Origin: Acidobacteriota bacterium
GTDB lineage: Bacteria > Acidobacteriota > UBA6911 > RPQK01 > JAJDTT01
Reading direction: 5' to 3'
Assembly (NCBI GenBank): GCA_965209055.1
Contig: OZ242374.1
Location: 5,536,001-5,600,000, forward strand
Length of the DNA stretch: 64,000 nt
A model generated the notes under the pieces. That model made no database searches. It was given only the letters and a program-made list of their open reading frames with translations, and was not told the origin of the DNA. Positions within the stretch are counted from its first letter, which is position 1. Each line of letters starts with the position of its first letter. Below, piece by piece: positions 60,784 through 64,000 of this stretch. The position numbers were made by a program, and so were the translations under genes.

Positions 60784-61026
60784 TCAGGGTCTGCGCCCCT
60801 CGTCGCGGGCGTCGAGCAGTTCCACGACGGGAACGGATGTTCGTTTTGCCCGTGCGGCGTTCATGCGCTCGATGATCGCGCGACGGTCCTCGACGGTATC
60901 TTCCAGGCCGACAATTCGAGCGATCGGGACACCCCGGCGCGTAACTGTGAATTGCTCGCCCTGTTCTACCTGCCGAAGCAACTCGGACAAGCGGGTCTTT
61001 GCCTCGTGGGATCCGATGGTTTGCAT
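60784..61026 (-). CDS. Phd/YefM-family antitoxin
   Basis: MQTIGSHEAKTRLSELLRQVEQGE...VTRRGVPIARIV and C-terminal RDEGRR. Confidence 0.88.
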   Translation of the reverse strand: MQTIGSHEAKTRLSELLRQVEQGEQFTVTRRGVPIARIVGLEDTVEDRRAIIERMNAARAKRTSVPVVELLDARDEGRRP

Positions 61027-61053
61027 GGAACCGGCCTCCGTCGGGAATGTGTA

Positions 61054-61078
61054 GACCAGTAAATCCATTCGACTGGTC
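61054..61078. promoter_or_regulatory. putative toxin-antitoxin operator (inverted repeat)
   Basis: GACCAGT-N11-ACTGGTC just upstream of the antitoxin start. Confidence 0.55.
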
Positions 61079-61189
61079 GGCATCAATATCGTCAGCGAGG
61101 AGTCCCCACAGTTCCTGGCAATTGACCGATTCTACCGCTTTCGCAGCAGATCAATTCCTGCGGCGCAGGTTCCTGACGGCCTCCGACCT

Positions 61190-61525
61190 CTAACCGTCGG
61201 CCTGGAGCCGGTCGATCTTGGCGGCCAGGACGAAGTCGCTTTCGGTCAGGCCGTTGATCTTGTGGGTCCAGAGGGTGATCTCCGCCTTTCCCCAGGCCAG
61301 ATAGAGGTCGGGGTGGTGGTCTTCCGCTTCGGCGACTTCCCCGACCTGGTTGACGAAGGCCAGCGCCTCGGCGAAATCGGGGAACCGAACCAGCTTGCGC
61401 AGGTGATGGTCCTCGACCACTTCCCATCCTTGCAACTGGTCCAGAAGGGGGGCGATTTCGTCAGCGGTCAGCGGCGGGACTCCGCCCCGGCAGGGGATGC
61501 ATCTTTTTTCGGCGAGTTGGGTCAC
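61190..61525 (-). CDS. phhB: pterin-4-alpha-carbinolamine dehydratase
   Basis: CIPCRGG, AEAEDHHPDL, WTHKINGLTESDF.LAAKID. GTG 61525 with an AGGAGG RBS. Confidence 0.9.
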   Translation of the reverse strand: MTQLAEKRCIPCRGGVPPLTADEIAPLLDQLQGWEVVEDHHLRKLVRFPDFAEALAFVNQVGEVAEAEDHHPDLYLAWGKAEITLWTHKINGLTESDFVLAAKIDRLQADG

Positions 61526-61683
61526 GATGAGGCCTCCTTCTGGGTGCGGCAACCTGTGCCGCGGACTGTCAACCGGCGGCGGACATCCATACCGGTTGCC
61601 AAACGCAAAAATGGTGGCTGCCGCCGAACCGCGAGCCTCCATTCGTGTCGATAACGGTCGGGACCGAACCGGCTGGCGCCGGG

Positions 61684-63693
61684 TCAGCCGACATTCAAGG
61701 TCACCAGGTCGTTCTTCTTCTTTTTCTTGAGCACCATCTCCTCGTAGTACTCACGCACCGCGGCCTGCTCCCGAAGGGCCTTGCGCCTCGCCATTTTCTC
61801 GTCGCGGGCGGTCTGGGGTTTGTCGCCCCGGTCGCGGACGCGCGCTGCGTCGTCGGCCCGGATCTGCAAGGAGTGATCGTAGCTCTGCAGCGGCGCATCC
61901 TTGCCGCCGGCGAAGATCTGGTGACGGCCGTGCTCCTTGTACCACTGGGCGACGGTCGCGTTCTTGTGCATGTTCTCGATGATCTGACGCCACCCATGAC
62001 CCGTGTTGTAGGCACAGAATGAGATCTCTCCTTCCTGCGTGGCGTAGGGGATGATGCACATCTCGGTCCGGCGGAAATCGTAGTTGAACAGGTCCTGGAA
62101 CCACATGCCGGCCACGAAGAGGAAGTTCCAGGGATCGTCCCGCCGGTCCTTGCCCTGGCCGTAGTCCTTGCCGCTCAGTCCGAAGCTCTTGTCGAACTTC
62201 TTGAGGATGTCGAGCAGAGTGAGGCGGGACGGCGCCCTGAAGGGACTGTAGTTCTTGAGCAGGGCCAGGCCGATCATGAAATTCGAGAACTTGGTGCCCC
62301 GAGCCGCGTCGGTCACTTTCCGCATGTCATTGACCAGGCCGGGGATGTTCAGGAACTGCGGAACCGGCGCCGCCTCCTTGGTCTCCTTGTCGATCATCAT
62401 GGCGGTTCCCACGCCGCAGTTGGGATGGCAACCGCAGCTGACCTGCCCCCAATCGGCGTTGGGGCCGTGGGCCACGTCGGCAAAGTCGGCGAACGCGCCC
62501 ATCAGGGAGAGGGGGAACCAGTCCCGCGTGGGTTCGGTGTATCCCGTCTGGGACTTCACGTCCCGGGCCAGGTGAGAAAGCGTGTACCGCTGGCGCAGCC
62601 TCCGCTCGTCGGTGATGGCCTCGTCCCGGCCGGTGAAGGAGACGGGCTGGAAGGCGATGAAGGCCACCTTCTTGGGGTTGTCCATGGCGAAGCGGATAAT
62701 GGGGCCAACCTGGTCGTTGTTCACGTCGTTGAGCAGCGTCGTGACCAGGATGATCTCGATCCCCGCCTTGTGGATGTTGTCGATGGCCTTGATCTTCACA
62801 TCAAACAAGTTGCCGATGTGGCGGTGGCTGTTGGCGTCGTTGCCGATGCCGTCGAACTGCAGGTAGGTGTAGCGCAGTCCCGCCTCGTACGCCTTCTTGG
62901 AGAACTCCAGGCTCTTGGCGAACTCGATCCCGTTGGTGGCCGCCTGGACGCTGTTGTAGCCGATCTTGCGGGAGTACTTGATAGCCCGAAAGAAATGGGG
63001 CGACATGGTCGGCTCGCCCCCCGAGAACTGCACGGACATCTGCCTGCGGGGCTTGATCTGCAGCGAGTTGTCCAGAATCTCCTTGATCTCCTCCCACTCC
63101 AGCTCGTGGACATAGCCGACCTGGTTGGCGTCCATGAAGCAGGGATCGCACATCATGTTGCAGCGGTTGGTGAGGTCGACCGTCAGGACGCTGCCCCGCC
63201 CGTGCTTGATGGTGCTGGACCCGTGGTTGTGGAGCGTGGCGTCATTGTGGGACCGGATATCCCGACCCGGGAAGTTGGACTCGATCCAACTGAGAAATTT
63301 GGAGTCGATGGCCATGAGGTCCTCACACTTCCCGTGAATCGGACACTCCTTCACCATCCAGACCTGTCCGTCCCGCTCGATGATGGTGGCCTTGATCTCG
63401 CCCACCTTCTCGTCGATCAGGACGCGGTAGTCTTCCTGCCCCTCGAGAATCTTCTCCCGGGCTTCGACCACGCACTTGGGGCAAAGAGAATCGGTCTTCC
63501 GCGGCCAACCCAGCGTGGGCTTCGTCTTCTCCCACGACTTGAGCAGAGGTTTGTCCGACCACTTGGGCGTGAACGACGGGTTGGGCCGGTAGTTGTTGAA
63601 GAATTGGATCGTGTCGAATGCGACGCCGGCCCCGAAGGACAGGGCCGAGTCGAAATACTTCCACGCTTTGTGCATACCGTTAGATCTTGGCAT
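61684..63693 (-). CDS. radical SAM protein, tetraether lipid synthase (Tes/GDGT-MAS, MJ0619) family homologue
   Basis: N-terminal SLCPKC...KECPIHG metal site, DLTNRCNMMCDPCF, QFSGGEPT, YLQFDG, CHPNCG, M.FQD..NYD..R...C.I.Y...ISFCAYN. AGGAGG RBS before ATG 63693. Confidence 0.85.
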   Translation of the reverse strand: MPRSNGMHKAWKYFDSALSFGAGVAFDTIQFFNNYRPNPSFTPKWSDKPLLKSWEKTKPTLGWPRKTDSLCPKCVVEAREKILEGQEDYRVLIDEKVGEIKATIIERDGQVWMVKECPIHGKCEDLMAIDSKFLSWIESNFPGRDIRSHNDATLHNHGSSTIKHGRGSVLTVDLTNRCNMMCDPCFMDANQVGYVHELEWEEIKEILDNSLQIKPRRQMSVQFSGGEPTMSPHFFRAIKYSRKIGYNSVQAATNGIEFAKSLEFSKKAYEAGLRYTYLQFDGIGNDANSHRHIGNLFDVKIKAIDNIHKAGIEIILVTTLLNDVNNDQVGPIIRFAMDNPKKVAFIAFQPVSFTGRDEAITDERRLRQRYTLSHLARDVKSQTGYTEPTRDWFPLSLMGAFADFADVAHGPNADWGQVSCGCHPNCGVGTAMMIDKETKEAAPVPQFLNIPGLVNDMRKVTDAARGTKFSNFMIGLALLKNYSPFRAPSRLTLLDILKKFDKSFGLSGKDYGQGKDRRDDPWNFLFVAGMWFQDLFNYDFRRTEMCIIPYATQEGEISFCAYNTGHGWRQIIENMHKNATVAQWYKEHGRHQIFAGGKDAPLQSYDHSLQIRADDAARVRDRGDKPQTARDEKMARRKALREQAAVREYYEEMVLKKKKKNDLVTLNVG

Positions 63694-64000
63694 CGAGAAT
63701 TTTCCTCCTAGTTCCGGGGGGCTGGACAGGAATCACCAGTCGAGCCTCCCGCCAAGCGTCATGAAGACGCGCTGCTGAACCCTTGCCGTTGACTATCCTG
63801 CGCCCAAGGCGGCATCGGGGTCAACCTGGCATTCGCGCCAAGCATGGCAAGATTCCTTTTTTTTCCCGAAAGTGATCCGTCTCCGCACGCGCCCCGGGCA
63901 TTTGGAAGAAACCTTATTCTGAGTTAGAATCTGCGTTGCGGTTCCAACGACGCCGATTCAGCACAGGTCATAATTCGATGATTACATTTACCGACCAAGC

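Noticed and set aside
63694-64000. Intergenic region upstream of the Tes-like gene examined for a riboswitch or ncRNA
   Set aside because: No recognisable conserved RNA motif or convincing promoter consensus by eye. An Rfam scan would be needed.

Overview
High-GC bacterial window. The gene content suggests an Acidobacteriota-like, possibly host (sponge)-associated genome; this is inference only. Most of it is ordinary metabolic and envelope genes: lactate/glycolate permease, malate synthase, mutM, an SCP2-type thiolase, a GMC oxidoreductase pair, ABC systems and peptidases. It also carries one intact IS5 and a Tes/GDGT-MAS-like radical SAM gene. The main signal is a ~10.76-kb island (13556-24328) sitting exactly at the MFP/RND junction of a native TetR-OMF-MFP-RND efflux operon, flanked by an 8-bp direct repeat (TCATGGTG). 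The island has no integrase or transposase. It encodes what looks like a sterol-tailoring and export module: a KshA/Neverland-type Rieske oxygenase, an ERG6/SMT-type methyltransferase with altered signature motifs, a GPP34(GOLPH3)-cytochrome P450 fusion lacking the usual I-helix acid-alcohol pair, its own MFP-RND pair, and deletion relics of a second P450 and a second RND. Smaller signals: a 4x23-bp repeat array abutting an AAA_14/DUF4143 gene, an orphan antitoxin with a 5-codon toxin stub, and several decayed genes. All family calls come from motif recognition by eye; no database search was run.
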